The notes: generated by a model from the sequence alone, not told the origin. A DNA stretch of 32,000 bases from an uncultured bacterium (GCA_964565945.1 CAZMGY010000012.1:1-32000), one strand, 5' to 3'; shown: positions 1 to 12,724, counted from the first letter of the stretch. A program made the numbers and translations.

Positions 1-2
1 TT

Positions 3-2309
3 ACTACTGGTTCTGAGGCTGCTGCTACAAGTTTGGCGATTAAGGAAGAGTATAAGGAAGAAAAAGCTACTTCTACTTATTATGAATATGAAAAAGAAGA
101 ATTGGTTGATAGAAGTTTTGAGGTTGTGGACAAATTTACTACTAGTCCTTTTGAAGGCTCTTCTGAGAGAAGTGTTGTGGTTGAGAATGTGCGAGAAGGA
201 GAGGAAGGCAAATCTGCTGAGACTCAAAAAAGAGGCACGGGCACAGCGGCTCCTGATACAGAACTTTCTGTTAGTTATCATGACAAGGAAGGATCTGCTG
301 ATACAAGTTTTCATGTGAGTGAGGCTGTGTCAGAATATTCTAAGGAGAGTTCTTTTGAAGTCTCTTTTGAGACAAGTTTGCCGGTTGAGGATGTGCCAAA
401 AACAGAAGAAGAAGAAGAAGCTTCTGAGGGCAGCCCTTTAAAACTATTAAAAAGTGTTTATAAAGGGCTTGAATCTAAATTGACGGTGAAAGAAATTGAA
501 AAAAGAATCGAAATAGCTTTCAAACTAATTGCATCATTGACTGAGAAAAGTCTTCCTGGCGCTGTAGCCAAATATCAAGAGATTATTTCTTATCGTTCTC
601 AGATTATGGCCAATTATCGGGAATTAGGTCATCAAGAGTCTTTGCGCCAAACAAGGCAACTCTTGATGTACGATTTTGTTGTTTTGCTTGGTGTTTTGCC
701 TAAATCCACACCTGAAGAGCAAAGAGTGCGTATAAAATATTTACAGTCTTTTTTGAATGAGTGGGATGATGCCGATGGATTTTTGGGGAAAGAAAAGTTT
801 GAACAGGAGGAGAACAAAAAGGCGTATGAATCAGAAATTGAGAGGTTAGAGCTGTCTGAGAGGTTGATTAATGTTACTTCTGATTTAGAAATGCAAGGGG
901 CTCTTGGGGGAATAGTTGTTAAGCGTGTGATGGTTAAACTTATGGATGCTGTAAATAAGCAACTATTTGGGAGAAATTTACTGATTTCACACGGAAGAGG
1001 CTTTCCGACAACTAAGAGCTTGGAGCATATCGAGGATCATACGCAACAGGATTCCCAGCAGTTGATTGAAATTAAGAATATCTTGAAAGAGGTTTATGAT
1101 AGCTTGGAATATAAGTCTTCAAAGGTTGGGAATTTTATTACTACACTTGTTGAAAGGAGGGGTGATTCGTTGATCTATAATGCTTTGGATCTTATGTTAA
1201 ATTTTTATAGATTGTTAGATTTTGAAACGTTCTTGTCTCAAAGTAGAGATAAAGGTACTGATTATGATAAACTTATGGGGCAGTTGTACAAGTTGTGGGG
1301 AGAGATTCAAGCGGATACTAAAGGATTTGCTGCGATTGCTTCTGTGTATGGTAAAAATGCTGACAAAGGTCAATCCTTGCAAGCTGCTTTCGTAGAGCTT
1401 CAAGTGGCTGTGTGGCTTAAATTGATGGATAAGTTGAAGGCCGTTTCTTCTATAAATCATGCGGCTATGATTAAGGATCTTCCTTCCTACGGGGATCTAA
1501 TGGAGCAGTGGGGTGCCCAAAAATTTGGGAGCAGCATTAGTGGGAAAAAAGCAAAGGGTGTGCAAGATTCTCTGTATGCCTTGGCGGAGAAGTTTTTTGC
1601 CAAAAGGCCAGGAGCTGACATGATGACATTGATTCCGGCTAAACCTGGCCGAGCGGGTGATTTGGTTCAGCCAAGCATGTCTGAATTAAAAAGAACCTTT
1701 CAGGATACTTTAAAAGGTTTTGGTGGATCTTATGCCTCGATTGCTTGGCCCGAAACAATCACCTACCAGGTCGTTGAAGCCGATGAGAGTGGAAACCGTC
1801 CATTGATGAGCAATAATGGCCAATTGGCTGAGTTTACCATTACACAAGCGGCAAATATGGAAGGTCTTTCGCCAAAGTTTCAAGCTATTTGGATTCTTAA
1901 TGAAACTATACAGCCTGGTTTGGCTAATAAGATGACCCAAGCATTGGATGCTTCTCAAGTGGTGAAAATGAAGGATGCCAGAGTTGGAGATTCCAATTTG
2001 TTTGATTTGACGGTTGAGTTAGGTAGCTTAATTGTCTTGCGTCGAATTGTGATTGCTAAGTATGGGGCTGATTATTGGAATAATCAGTTTATCAAAGAAT
2101 TCGAAACTTACTTTGATAAACGTATTGCTTTTGAGTTGGCTTGGGATATGTCTGATATTCTCCGCCATTTGGGAGAGGCTAGCTTGCAAAAACAATGGGA
2201 TACTGTTAATTTTGACAACTCTGTGAGCGTGTTTGATCAAGTAAGGGTAGTAGGCTTGCCAGAAGAAATTAATCCCCAGTTGATGGCAACCTTGCGTAAG
2301 AATGCGTAG
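3..2309 (+). CDS. Large hypothetical protein, 5'-truncated by the window edge (768 aa visible). Acidic Ser/Glu/Thr-rich N-terminal part, then a long region with no motif I recognise.
   Basis: Frame 3 is open from nt 3; there is no stop upstream of the TTG at 33 used by the ORF track. It ends at TAG 2307-2309. The long uninterrupted ORF has coding-like composition. It contains an E5 run from (GAA)5 at 405-419. I recognise no Walker, TM or catalytic motif. Confidence 0.6.
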   Translation, partial: TTGSEAAATSLAIKEEYKEEKATSTYYEYEKEELVDRSFEVVDKFTTSPFEGSSERSVVVENVREGEEGKSAETQKRGTGTAAPDTELSVSYHDKEGSADTSFHVSEAVSEYSKESSFEVSFETSLPVEDVPKTEEEEEASEGSPLKLLKSVYKGLESKLTVKEIEKRIEIAFKLIASLTEKSLPGAVAKYQEIISYRSQIMANYRELGHQESLRQTRQLLMYDFVVLLGVLPKSTPEEQRVRIKYLQSFLNEWDDADGFLGKEKFEQEENKKAYESEIERLELSERLINVTSDLEMQGALGGIVVKRVMVKLMDAVNKQLFGRNLLISHGRGFPTTKSLEHIEDHTQQDSQQLIEIKNILKEVYDSLEYKSSKVGNFITTLVERRGDSLIYNALDLMLNFYRLLDFETFLSQSRDKGTDYDKLMGQLYKLWGEIQADTKGFAAIASVYGKNADKGQSLQAAFVELQVAVWLKLMDKLKAVSSINHAAMIKDLPSYGDLMEQWGAQKFGSSISGKKAKGVQDSLYALAEKFFAKRPGADMMTLIPAKPGRAGDLVQPSMSELKRTFQDTLKGFGGSYASIAWPETITYQVVEADESGNRPLMSNNGQLAEFTITQAANMEGLSPKFQAIWILNETIQPGLANKMTQALDASQVVKMKDARVGDSNLFDLTVELGSLIVLRRIVIAKYGADYWNNQFIKEFETYFDKRIAFELAWDMSDILRHLGEASLQKQWDTVNFDNSVSVFDQVRVVGLPEEINPQLMATLRKNA

Positions 2310-2458
2310 TGTTGTCAGGCTCTCATCTTAATCTTCTCGCCTTGAAAAGTGGAGAGGAAACAGATAGAATAACCCTTAAGGTATTTCCCTGCCTTTCTTG
2401 GCCACGGACGGATTTATTTTGTCTTACGTTTTTTACGGGACAAGGCATTTGGAAGCAC

Positions 2459-2477
2459 GGCAAGAGGCTTGCCTTTT
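2459..2477 (+). terminator. Weak candidate rho-independent terminator
   Basis: GGCAAG-AGG-CTTGCC (6-bp stem, 3-nt loop) followed by TTTT, about 150 nt after the stop of the upstream ORF. The stem and T-run are both short. Confidence 0.3.
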
Positions 2478-2583
2478 GGTAAGAACTTAAAGTGATTGCG
2501 GTGTGTCCCCCTTGGCTTAACCAAAGCCAAAATATTCGTTTGAGCGTTTAAGGCGGGGATTCAAATAATGGATACAAGCACTC

Positions 2584-3915
2584 ATGGATCTTTTTTCTCC
2601 CGAACAAACATTAGATAATACACCTTTAGCGGCCTTGTTGCGCCCTCAAGAGCTTAAAAATTTTGTCGGACAGTCGCATATGATGGGTGATGGGCAAGCG
2701 TTGCGTCTTATGATCGAGAACGATCGTTTGAGCTCGCTAATGTTTTATGGGCCACCAGGGACAGGAAAGACCTCTTTAGCCCGTTTGATTGCGACGCATA
2801 CGCAAGCTTACTTTGTAAGTCTTAATGCCGTGGAAGCCAACACCAAAGATATTCGTCAGGTGGTTGACGAAGCTCTGTACCAGCGCTCGTACGACCGGGC
2901 CAAAACAATTCTGTTTGTCGATGAGGTTCATCGTTTTAACAAAGCGCAACAAGATGTGCTGATGCCCTATGTCGAAGAAGGGGTGTTTGTATTTATTGGG
3001 GCCACCACTGAAAACCCTTTTTTTGCGCTGAATGCTCCCTTGTTATCGCGTGCGCATGTGTTTGCTTTTGAGCCTTTGTCGGTGGACGAGCTGAAGCAGG
3101 TTCTGGATAGGGCTCTACATCATTCACGCAAGTATTTGTCGCATGTGAGACTGAGTGACGGAGTCGCCACTTTGTTGGCCGAAGGTGCCGAAGGCGATGC
3201 GCGGAGGGTCATTAATCTTTTGGATTTTATGGTTAAGTCCAAAACGGTTGATGCTGGAGGTTTGCTTGTGATTGATGTAGATGATGTGCTGCAAAGCGGT
3301 CAGGTTAAGGCGCTTGTTTACGATGGGGAAGGTGATAATCATTATGATACGATTTCGGCTTTCATTAAGAGTATGCGTGGGTCTGATCCCGATGCGGCTT
3401 TGTATTGGTTGGCCAAAATGTTTTATGCTGGAGAAGACTTAAACTTTATTGGACGCCGAATAGTGATATGTGCTGCTGAAGATGTGGGTAATGCTGATCC
3501 GCGAGCTTTGCAGGTGGCACATACAGCGTGGGAGGTGGCTCTGAAAGTGGGAATGCCTGAGGCCCGAATCCCTTTGGCACAAGCGGTGACTTATATTGCC
3601 ACAGCTCCAAAAAGCAATGCAGCTTATTTGGGGATTGATCGAGCGTTAGATTTAGTGAAACAGAAATCTTTGCATCCAGTGCCCAAACATTTGAAAGATG
3701 CTGGTTATCCAGGGGCTAAAACTTTGGGGCATGGGCAAGGTTATCGTTATCCGCATCTTGAGCACGATCATTTTAATGATCAAGAGTACGCTCCTTTAAA
3801 AGAAGCTTTGTATACGCCCACTGGTTTAGGTTACGAAAAAACGATTAAAGAAAGGATGGATTATTGGACAAAACGCAAATCCGCCAAACCATCGCCCAAG
3901 TTATCCAAGGATTAA
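2584..3915 (+). CDS. rarA: Replication-associated recombination protein A (MgsA/RarA AAA+ ATPase)
   Basis: Walker A GPPGTGKTSLARLIA and Walker B/sensor ILFVDEVHRFNKAQQD. MgsA-type C-terminal region (HYDTISAFIKSMRGSDPDAALYWLAKM, GQGYRYPH). 443 aa is the typical length. Confidence 0.93.
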   Translation: MDLFSPEQTLDNTPLAALLRPQELKNFVGQSHMMGDGQALRLMIENDRLSSLMFYGPPGTGKTSLARLIATHTQAYFVSLNAVEANTKDIRQVVDEALYQRSYDRAKTILFVDEVHRFNKAQQDVLMPYVEEGVFVFIGATTENPFFALNAPLLSRAHVFAFEPLSVDELKQVLDRALHHSRKYLSHVRLSDGVATLLAEGAEGDARRVINLLDFMVKSKTVDAGGLLVIDVDDVLQSGQVKALVYDGEGDNHYDTISAFIKSMRGSDPDAALYWLAKMFYAGEDLNFIGRRIVICAAEDVGNADPRALQVAHTAWEVALKVGMPEARIPLAQAVTYIATAPKSNAAYLGIDRALDLVKQKSLHPVPKHLKDAGYPGAKTLGHGQGYRYPHLEHDHFNDQEYAPLKEALYTPTGLGYEKTIKERMDYWTKRKSAKPSPKLSKD

Positions 3916-4418
3916 GTTGGGAGCAAAGGGAGCATCAGGTCAACCTTGTCACAGAGCGTTTGCTTAAGCATCCGCTCTTGCAGGAGCCTTTAACTGTTTT
4001 GGTTTATCGGGCTTTGCCCGATGAGCTTAATTTGCAGAGTTTGTATCAGCAATGGATGGTGCAGGGGTATCGACTGTGCTTTCCTAAAGTTGCTGGTCAA
4101 AATATGAAGGTTTACGAGGTGAAGGATTATGATGACGCAACACTGTGGCAACTGGAGCAACGCTGGGGAATAACGGAGCCTTGTTCTCTTAACAACGCTC
4201 AGGTGGATCCTAAGGATATTACGTTGCTGCTTGTTCCTGGACGAGCTTTTGATGGACATGGTGGTCGTGTAGGGCGTGGTCATGGCTGTTATGATCGTTT
4301 TTTAAGTGTGTTTGTTCATATTTATACGATTGGTCTAGGCTATAGCTGTCAAATACTGGATACGGTCGTGCAGAATGAACAGGATGTAGCCATGGATGAG
4401 GTGATGCTATGCCCTTAA
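3864..4418 (+). CDS. 5-formyltetrahydrofolate cyclo-ligase (MTHFS family)
   Basis: N-terminal KTQIRQ motif, LLLVPGRAFDGHGGRVGRGHGCYDRFL and NEQDVAMDEV are family hallmarks. TTG start at 3864 lies 7 nt after AAAGGA (3851-3856). Overlaps rarA by 52 nt. Confidence 0.8.
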   Translation: MDKTQIRQTIAQVIQGLSWEQREHQVNLVTERLLKHPLLQEPLTVLVYRALPDELNLQSLYQQWMVQGYRLCFPKVAGQNMKVYEVKDYDDATLWQLEQRWGITEPCSLNNAQVDPKDITLLLVPGRAFDGHGGRVGRGHGCYDRFLSVFVHIYTIGLGYSCQILDTVVQNEQDVAMDEVMLCP

Positions 4419-5293
4419 ATACAGCAACACAAGAAATGATTATTCAAGCCTATCGTGAAGACGTAGGTTCTGGCGATTGCACCAGTGATTTATTGTTAGA
4501 GCGTTCAACCTTAGCACAAGCTCAAATTGTGGCCAAGGATGTGGGTGTGGTTTCGGGTCAAGAAGTAGCTGCGTTTGTGTTTGCTTGGGGCGAATCTAAG
4601 ATTTCTTATCGACCTATTTTGCTTGATGGTGCTTTGATGCATCCAGGAGATGTTCTGGCAGAGATCGAAGGGCCAGCCTGGGGTGTGTTGCAGTCCGAGC
4701 GGACGGCTTTGAATTTTTTGCAGCGTTTATCGGGGGTGGCCACCACCACGCGTGCTTTCGTTGATGCGATTGGAGAGCGAGCGACTCATATTTTGGATAC
4801 ACGCAAAACAACACCAGGTTGGAGGTTGTTACAAAAACAGGCGGTTGTGCATGGTTGGGGAACCAATCATCGGCAGGGCTTGTATGATCAAGTGTTGATT
4901 AAAGAAAATCATTTGTATGCACTTATGTTGCAACAAGCGTGTGATCTTAACACCGCGATTGAATTAGCTATTCAGACCTGCCGAACGCAAAGTTCTTTAA
5001 CAACACCCATTGAAGTTGAAGTGCAAACGGTTGAGCAGGCTTGTTTAGCGGGTAAAGCTGGGGCTGATGTGATTTTGTTGGATAATATGTCTTGTGAGGA
5101 TATGAGTCAGGTGGTTAAGCAGGTAGCTTTGCTGGAGACAAAACCTTTGTTGGAAGCATCAGGAGGTATTGATTTGGATCGTGTCCGTTTGGTTGCAGCC
5201 ACAGGTGTGGATCAGATATCGGTGGGGGCCTTAACTCATTCCTACAAAGCGATCGACTTGTCTTTGTTGATTCAATTATCGTACGAGGTTTAA
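4409..5293 (+). CDS. nadC: Nicotinate-nucleotide pyrophosphorylase [carboxylating] (quinolinate phosphoribosyltransferase)
   Basis: ERTALNFLQRLSGVATTT, DTRKTTPGWRLLQKQAVVHGWGTNHRQGLYD, ILLDNM and EASGGI. GAGGTG lies 5 nt upstream of the ATG. Overlaps the preceding gene by 10 nt. Confidence 0.92.
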   Translation: MPLNTATQEMIIQAYREDVGSGDCTSDLLLERSTLAQAQIVAKDVGVVSGQEVAAFVFAWGESKISYRPILLDGALMHPGDVLAEIEGPAWGVLQSERTALNFLQRLSGVATTTRAFVDAIGERATHILDTRKTTPGWRLLQKQAVVHGWGTNHRQGLYDQVLIKENHLYALMLQQACDLNTAIELAIQTCRTQSSLTTPIEVEVQTVEQACLAGKAGADVILLDNMSCEDMSQVVKQVALLETKPLLEASGGIDLDRVRLVAATGVDQISVGALTHSYKAIDLSLLIQLSYEV

Positions 5294-5296
5294 CGA

Positions 5297-6040
5297 ATGG
5301 CACGAATATGCATCGACATTGGCAATACAACCATAGGGGTCGCTCTTATGCAACAGGGGAAGGTGTGTATGAGCTTATCTGTGCCAGCAGGAGCCTGGTC
5401 CTTGTTGGCTGATTGGTCCGTGTGGAGGCATCTGAATTCTCAAGAAGAGCATTGGCTAGGGATTTGCTCGGTTGTTCCTAAGACAGATGAAGCCTTGTTG
5501 CGTTTGATCGATCACCATCAGTTGAGATGCTGCCTGAATTGGGTGAAAGAGTCAAGTCGCCCTAAATTGAACTTAGCTTACGCAAATCGCTCTACCTTAG
5601 GCCTGGATCGCTTGGTTTTGATTCATAAGGCCTACGTTGATAACCCTGGAGGAGTGACTCTGATTGTGGATGCGGGCACGGCTCTAAGTTTAGACTATAT
5701 TGTTAAAGGGCAGCACCAGGGGGGTATGATTGCTCCAGGCTTTCATAAAAGTTTTGTGGCGATGTATGAACAGACGGTGGCTTTGCCTATGATTGGCAAT
5801 TGTTCCAAGGATATTCCTTTATGGGGGCAAAGTACGGAAGAGTGCATGCAGAGTGGTGTTGTGCATGGAGCTTCCTTGTTTATAAGAGCTGTAGCGCAGC
5901 AGGTGGCTGATGATTTGGGAAACACGGATCTGCTATTGTGGGCTACGGGGGGCAATAGCCCTTATTTGCAAGAAGCGCTTGCCTGGGATCGTTGTGATTC
6001 CGATCTTATTTTTGAAGCGATTGAACTTTGGCTTTCTTAA
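5297..6040 (+). CDS. coaX: Type III pantothenate kinase
   Basis: ICIDIGNTTIGVA (DxGNT phosphate-binding motif), LGLDRL, IVDAGTALSLD, GGMIAPG and ATGGN. 247 aa is the typical length. Confidence 0.85.
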   Translation: MARICIDIGNTTIGVALMQQGKVCMSLSVPAGAWSLLADWSVWRHLNSQEEHWLGICSVVPKTDEALLRLIDHHQLRCCLNWVKESSRPKLNLAYANRSTLGLDRLVLIHKAYVDNPGGVTLIVDAGTALSLDYIVKGQHQGGMIAPGFHKSFVAMYEQTVALPMIGNCSKDIPLWGQSTEECMQSGVVHGASLFIRAVAQQVADDLGNTDLLLWATGGNSPYLQEALAWDRCDSDLIFEAIELWLS

Positions 6041-6055
6041 AAAGATAAAAAACGC

Positions 6056-6083
6056 TTGACAATAGAGACGGGCATTGTATGAT
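6056..6083 (+). promoter_or_regulatory. Sigma70-type promoter for groES-groEL
   Basis: TTGACA (6056-6061), 16-nt spacer, TATGAT (6078-6083) with TG immediately upstream. Sits in the 219-bp gap between coaX and groES. Confidence 0.6.
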
Positions 6084-6098
6084 AGTGAAATGGTGCTT

Positions 6099-6125
6099 CT
6101 AGCAATTGATTGCCAGAAGTGCTAA
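6099..6125 (+). promoter_or_regulatory. Degenerate CIRCE-like (HrcA-type) inverted repeat
   Basis: cTAGCAaTt-N9-aAGTGCTAA compared with the consensus TTAGCACTC-N9-GAGTGCTAA. The left half matches 6/9 and the right half 8/9, with exact 9-nt spacing. It starts about 15 nt downstream of the -10 box, the usual CIRCE position. Confidence 0.5.
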
Positions 6126-6259
6126 TGAAAAAATGCTTAGAGGGGCTCTTATAGGAGGGGGGGCACTTTGGATTTCAGTTGTAGATAACTTAATGCATGC
6201 GAGCCTTGTTCATGAACAAAGCTTGTGTGAAAATCATCATAAAAATGGAGGAAAAACGC

Positions 6260-6547
6260 ATGGCAATTCAACCTTTAGGTGATCGTGTGCTTGTGCAGGT
6301 TCTTGAAGCCGAGGAAAAAACTCAAGGAGGAATTATTCTTCCCGATACGGCCAAAGAAAAGCCACAAGAAGGAAAAGTGGTTGAGGTAGGTCCAGGCAAA
6401 TTGCTCGAAACAGGTCAACGTGGCGATATGTCGGTGGACAGGGGTAATCGTATTTTGTTTGGCAAGTATTCTGGAACCGAAATCAAGGTGGAAGGTCAAG
6501 AATATTTGATGATTCGTGAAGATGAAATTTTGGCTGTTGTTAAATAA
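6260..6547 (+). CDS. groES: Co-chaperonin GroES (10 kDa)
   Basis: [13 protein letters not shown]...[24 protein letters not shown]. The start is moved from the ORF-track 6197 to ATG 6260, which lies 7 nt after GGAGGA (6247-6252) and gives the canonical 95 aa. Confidence 0.95.
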   Translation: MAIQPLGDRVLVQVLEAEEKTQGGIILPDTAKEKPQEGKVVEVGPGKLLETGQRGDMSVDRGNRILFGKYSGTEIKVEGQEYLMIREDEILAVVK

Positions 6548-6567
6548 CAACGGTCTTACAAAGATAA

Positions 6568-8214
<1,647 letters not shown>

Positions 8215-8235
8215 AAAAAGTCTTTGAGACTATTG

Positions 8236-8267
8236 AAAAAGCCCCGCACGCTGTGGGGCTTTTTTTA
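8236..8267 (+). terminator. Rho-independent terminator of groESL
   Basis: AAAAAGCCCCGC-ACGCT-GTGGGGCTTTTTTT: a GC-rich stem of 7-8 bp, a 5-nt loop and a T7 tail, about 25 nt after the groEL stop. Confidence 0.85.
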
Positions 8268-8327
8268 TGTTGTGTGATGGGTAAAACTGAGATCTGATGA
8301 TTGTAATAAGTTGTGATATAATGAGAT

Positions 8328-10498
<2,171 letters not shown>

Positions 10499-10514
10499 GG
10501 GAGAAACCTAAGAG

Positions 10515-10940
10515 ATGAAGATTTTAGTGATTCATGGGCCTAATTTAGGTTTGTTAGGCCAGAGAGAGCCAGATATTTACGGTTCAACAACCCTTCATGA
10601 GATCAATCAGGCCTTGTTCCAGCGTGCTGAAGCCAATGCATGTGAGCTGGATATTATTCAGCATGATCATGAGGGCGATATTGTGGCCGCGATTGGTCAA
10701 AGTCAAGTTGATGGTATTGTGATTAATCCCGCGGCCTACACGCATACTAGTATGGCCATCGCGGATGCTTTGGTGGCGGTTGCTAAGCCAGCTGTCGAAG
10801 TGCATTTATCTAATATTTATAAACGTGAGGAATGGCGTCATCGTTCCTACATTGCTCCTGTTGTTCAGGGGCAAATTTCAGGCCTTGGTGTGAGAAGTTA
10901 TTTGTTAGCTTTGGATTACTTGATTCAAAGTCAAGCGTAG
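10515..10940 (+). CDS. aroQ: 3-dehydroquinate dehydratase, type II
   Basis: ILVIHGPNLGLLGQREPDIYG, INPAAYTHTSMAIADAL and VEVHLSNIYKREEWRHRS. 141 aa. Confidence 0.93.
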   Translation: MKILVIHGPNLGLLGQREPDIYGSTTLHEINQALFQRAEANACELDIIQHDHEGDIVAAIGQSQVDGIVINPAAYTHTSMAIADALVAVAKPAVEVHLSNIYKREEWRHRSYIAPVVQGQISGLGVRSYLLALDYLIQSQA

Positions 10941-10949
10941 GGGAGTGAT

Positions 10950-11372
10950 ATGGACGTAGATATGAAACAAATCAAAAAATTTCTTAAGCTGATGGATGAT
11001 AATCAGCTGGTGGAAATATCTGTTAAAAATGGGGATGATGCAATCTCTTTGCGTAAGCATGAAGTTGTGGCGGCGCCTCAAGCTCCAGTTATAGCTCCTT
11101 CTGACGACAATGTTGGCGATGCTATTCCTGCGAATTGCAAAGAAATTACGTCTCCTATGGTGGGGACTTTTTATCGTGCTCCATCTCCTGAAGCAGTGAT
11201 TTTTGTGAATGTGGGTGATTTTATATCTTCGGGTCAAGTTTTGTGTATTTTGGAAGCCATGAAATTGATGAACGAATTCAAAAGTGAAGTTTCTGGTAAA
11301 ATAGTGAAAATTTTAGTCGAAAATGGTGAGGCTGTTGAGTTTGGTCAACCTTTATTTTTGGTGGAAGGGTAA
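10950..11372 (+). CDS. accB: Acetyl-CoA carboxylase biotin carboxyl carrier protein
   Basis: Biotinyl-lysine motif EAMKLMNE in a C-terminal lipoyl-like fold, with an Ala/Pro linker. GGGGAG lies upstream of the ATG. The stop overlaps the accC start (TAATG). Confidence 0.93.
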   Translation: MDVDMKQIKKFLKLMDDNQLVEISVKNGDDAISLRKHEVVAAPQAPVIAPSDDNVGDAIPANCKEITSPMVGTFYRAPSPEAVIFVNVGDFISSGQVLCILEAMKLMNEFKSEVSGKIVKILVENGEAVEFGQPLFLVEG

Positions 11373-12724
11373 TGTTTAAGAAAATTCTTATTGCGAATAG
11401 AGGCGAGATTGCCTTACGTGTGATTCGGGCGTGTAAAGAGCTAGGGATCAAAACTGTGGCGGTTCATTCGCAAGTTGATCAAAACTCTTTGCATGTACGC
11501 TTTGCTGATGAAGCTGTTTGTATTGGAAAGGCGAGTAGTCAAGATAGCTATTTAAATATACCTGCTATTGTTAGTGCGGCCGAGATTACCAATGCCGATG
11601 CCCTTCATTCTGGTTATGGTTTTTTATCGGAAAATCCTCATTTTTCTGAAATATGCGACTCTTGTGATATCACGTTTATTGGTCCTTCGGCTCATACGGT
11701 TAGGTTGCTGGGTGACAAAGTTAAAGCTAAAGACACAATGAAAAAAGAAGGTGTTCCAGTGGTTCCTGGGAGTGAGGGAGTTGTTGAAACAGAGCAAGAC
11801 GCACTTAAAGTGGCCAGCGAAATAGGATATCCTGTTATTATTAAAGCCTCTTTTGGTGGAGGTGGTCGGGGGATGCGTGTGGCGCATAACAATATGACTC
11901 TTGTGACTGCTTTTATGACGGCCAAAGGTGAAGCTGAAAAATCTTTTAGCAATAGTGATGTGTATATTGAGAAGTTTATCGAAAATCCCCGCCATATCGA
12001 AATTCAATTCATTGCCGATCAACATGGACGTTGTGTACATTTAGGGGAGAGAGATTGCACAATTCAGAGACGTCATCAAAAATTATTGGAAGAGGCACCT
12101 TCTCCGATGATGACTCAAAAACAACGCGATCTTATGGGATCGTTGGCGATTAAGGGTGTTATGGCCACCAATTATGTCAATGCTGGAACCATGGAATTTC
12201 TTATGAACAAGCAGGGGCAGTTTTATTTTATGGAGGTCAACACGCGTATTCAGGTGGAGCATCCTGTAACAGAGATGGTTACAGGTATCGATCTTATCAA
12301 AGAGCAGATTTCTGTAGCGGCAGGGAACCCCTTGTCGTTTACTCAAGAGGATGTTCAGCTTGAAGGCTGTGCAATTGAGTGTCGGATCAATGCTGAAGAT
12401 CCTTATCATGATTTCATGCCGTCTCCGGGAACGATTACGGGATATAACACTCCTGGAGGGTTTCATGTGCGTATTGATACCCATGCCTATCAGGGCTATA
12501 GTATTTCTCCTCATTATGATTCTATGATCGGTAAGTTAATTGTGAAGGGTAAAGATCGTGAAGAAGCTTTGGCAATCTTGCACAGGGCTTTGCGAGAATA
12601 CATTATTGAGGGGGTTCATACGACGATTCCTTTTTTTAAAAAATTGATTAAAGATCCCAAGTTTATCAGCCTGGATTATGACACGAGCTTTATGGATGAT
12701 TTTAAAATGGACAATGAGGGCTAG
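11372..12724 (+). CDS. accC: Acetyl-CoA carboxylase biotin carboxylase subunit
   Basis: MFKKILIANRGEIALRVIRA, ATP-grasp GGGGRGMRV, MEVNTRIQVEHPVTE and ECRINAEDP. 450 aa. Confidence 0.97.
   Translation: MFKKILIANRGEIALRVIRACKELGIKTVAVHSQVDQNSLHVRFADEAVCIGKASSQDSYLNIPAIVSAAEITNADALHSGYGFLSENPHFSEICDSCDITFIGPSAHTVRLLGDKVKAKDTMKKEGVPVVPGSEGVVETEQDALKVASEIGYPVIIKASFGGGGRGMRVAHNNMTLVTAFMTAKGEAEKSFSNSDVYIEKFIENPRHIEIQFIADQHGRCVHLGERDCTIQRRHQKLLEEAPSPMMTQKQRDLMGSLAIKGVMATNYVNAGTMEFLMNKQGQFYFMEVNTRIQVEHPVTEMVTGIDLIKEQISVAAGNPLSFTQEDVQLEGCAIECRINAEDPYHDFMPSPGTITGYNTPGGFHVRIDTHAYQGYSISPHYDSMIGKLIVKGKDREEALAILHRALREYIIEGVHTTIPFFKKLIKDPKFISLDYDTSFMDDFKMDNEG

Noticed and set aside
82-318. 78-aa + strand ORF in another frame overlapping the large ORF
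   Set aside because: It is fully contained in the 768-aa ORF, is Leu/Lys-rich from frame-shifted reading of GAA/AAG-rich sequence, and has no RBS.
2310-2583. 274-bp intergenic region as a possible structured ncRNA (SRP RNA, 6S RNA, riboswitch)
   Set aside because: It contains only short hairpins (GGCAAG/CTTGCC and TTGGCTT/AAGCCAA). I could not match any conserved core motif of the RNA families I know. It is more simply a terminator plus the rarA promoter region.
6197-6259. N-terminal extensions proposed by the ORF track for groES (6197), purA (9158), nqrE (22063), the Asp23-like gene (12746), moxR (26251) and batA (29014)
   Set aside because: In each case an internal ATG with a better-placed Shine-Dalgarno gives the canonical family N-terminus and removes or shortens the overlap with the upstream gene.
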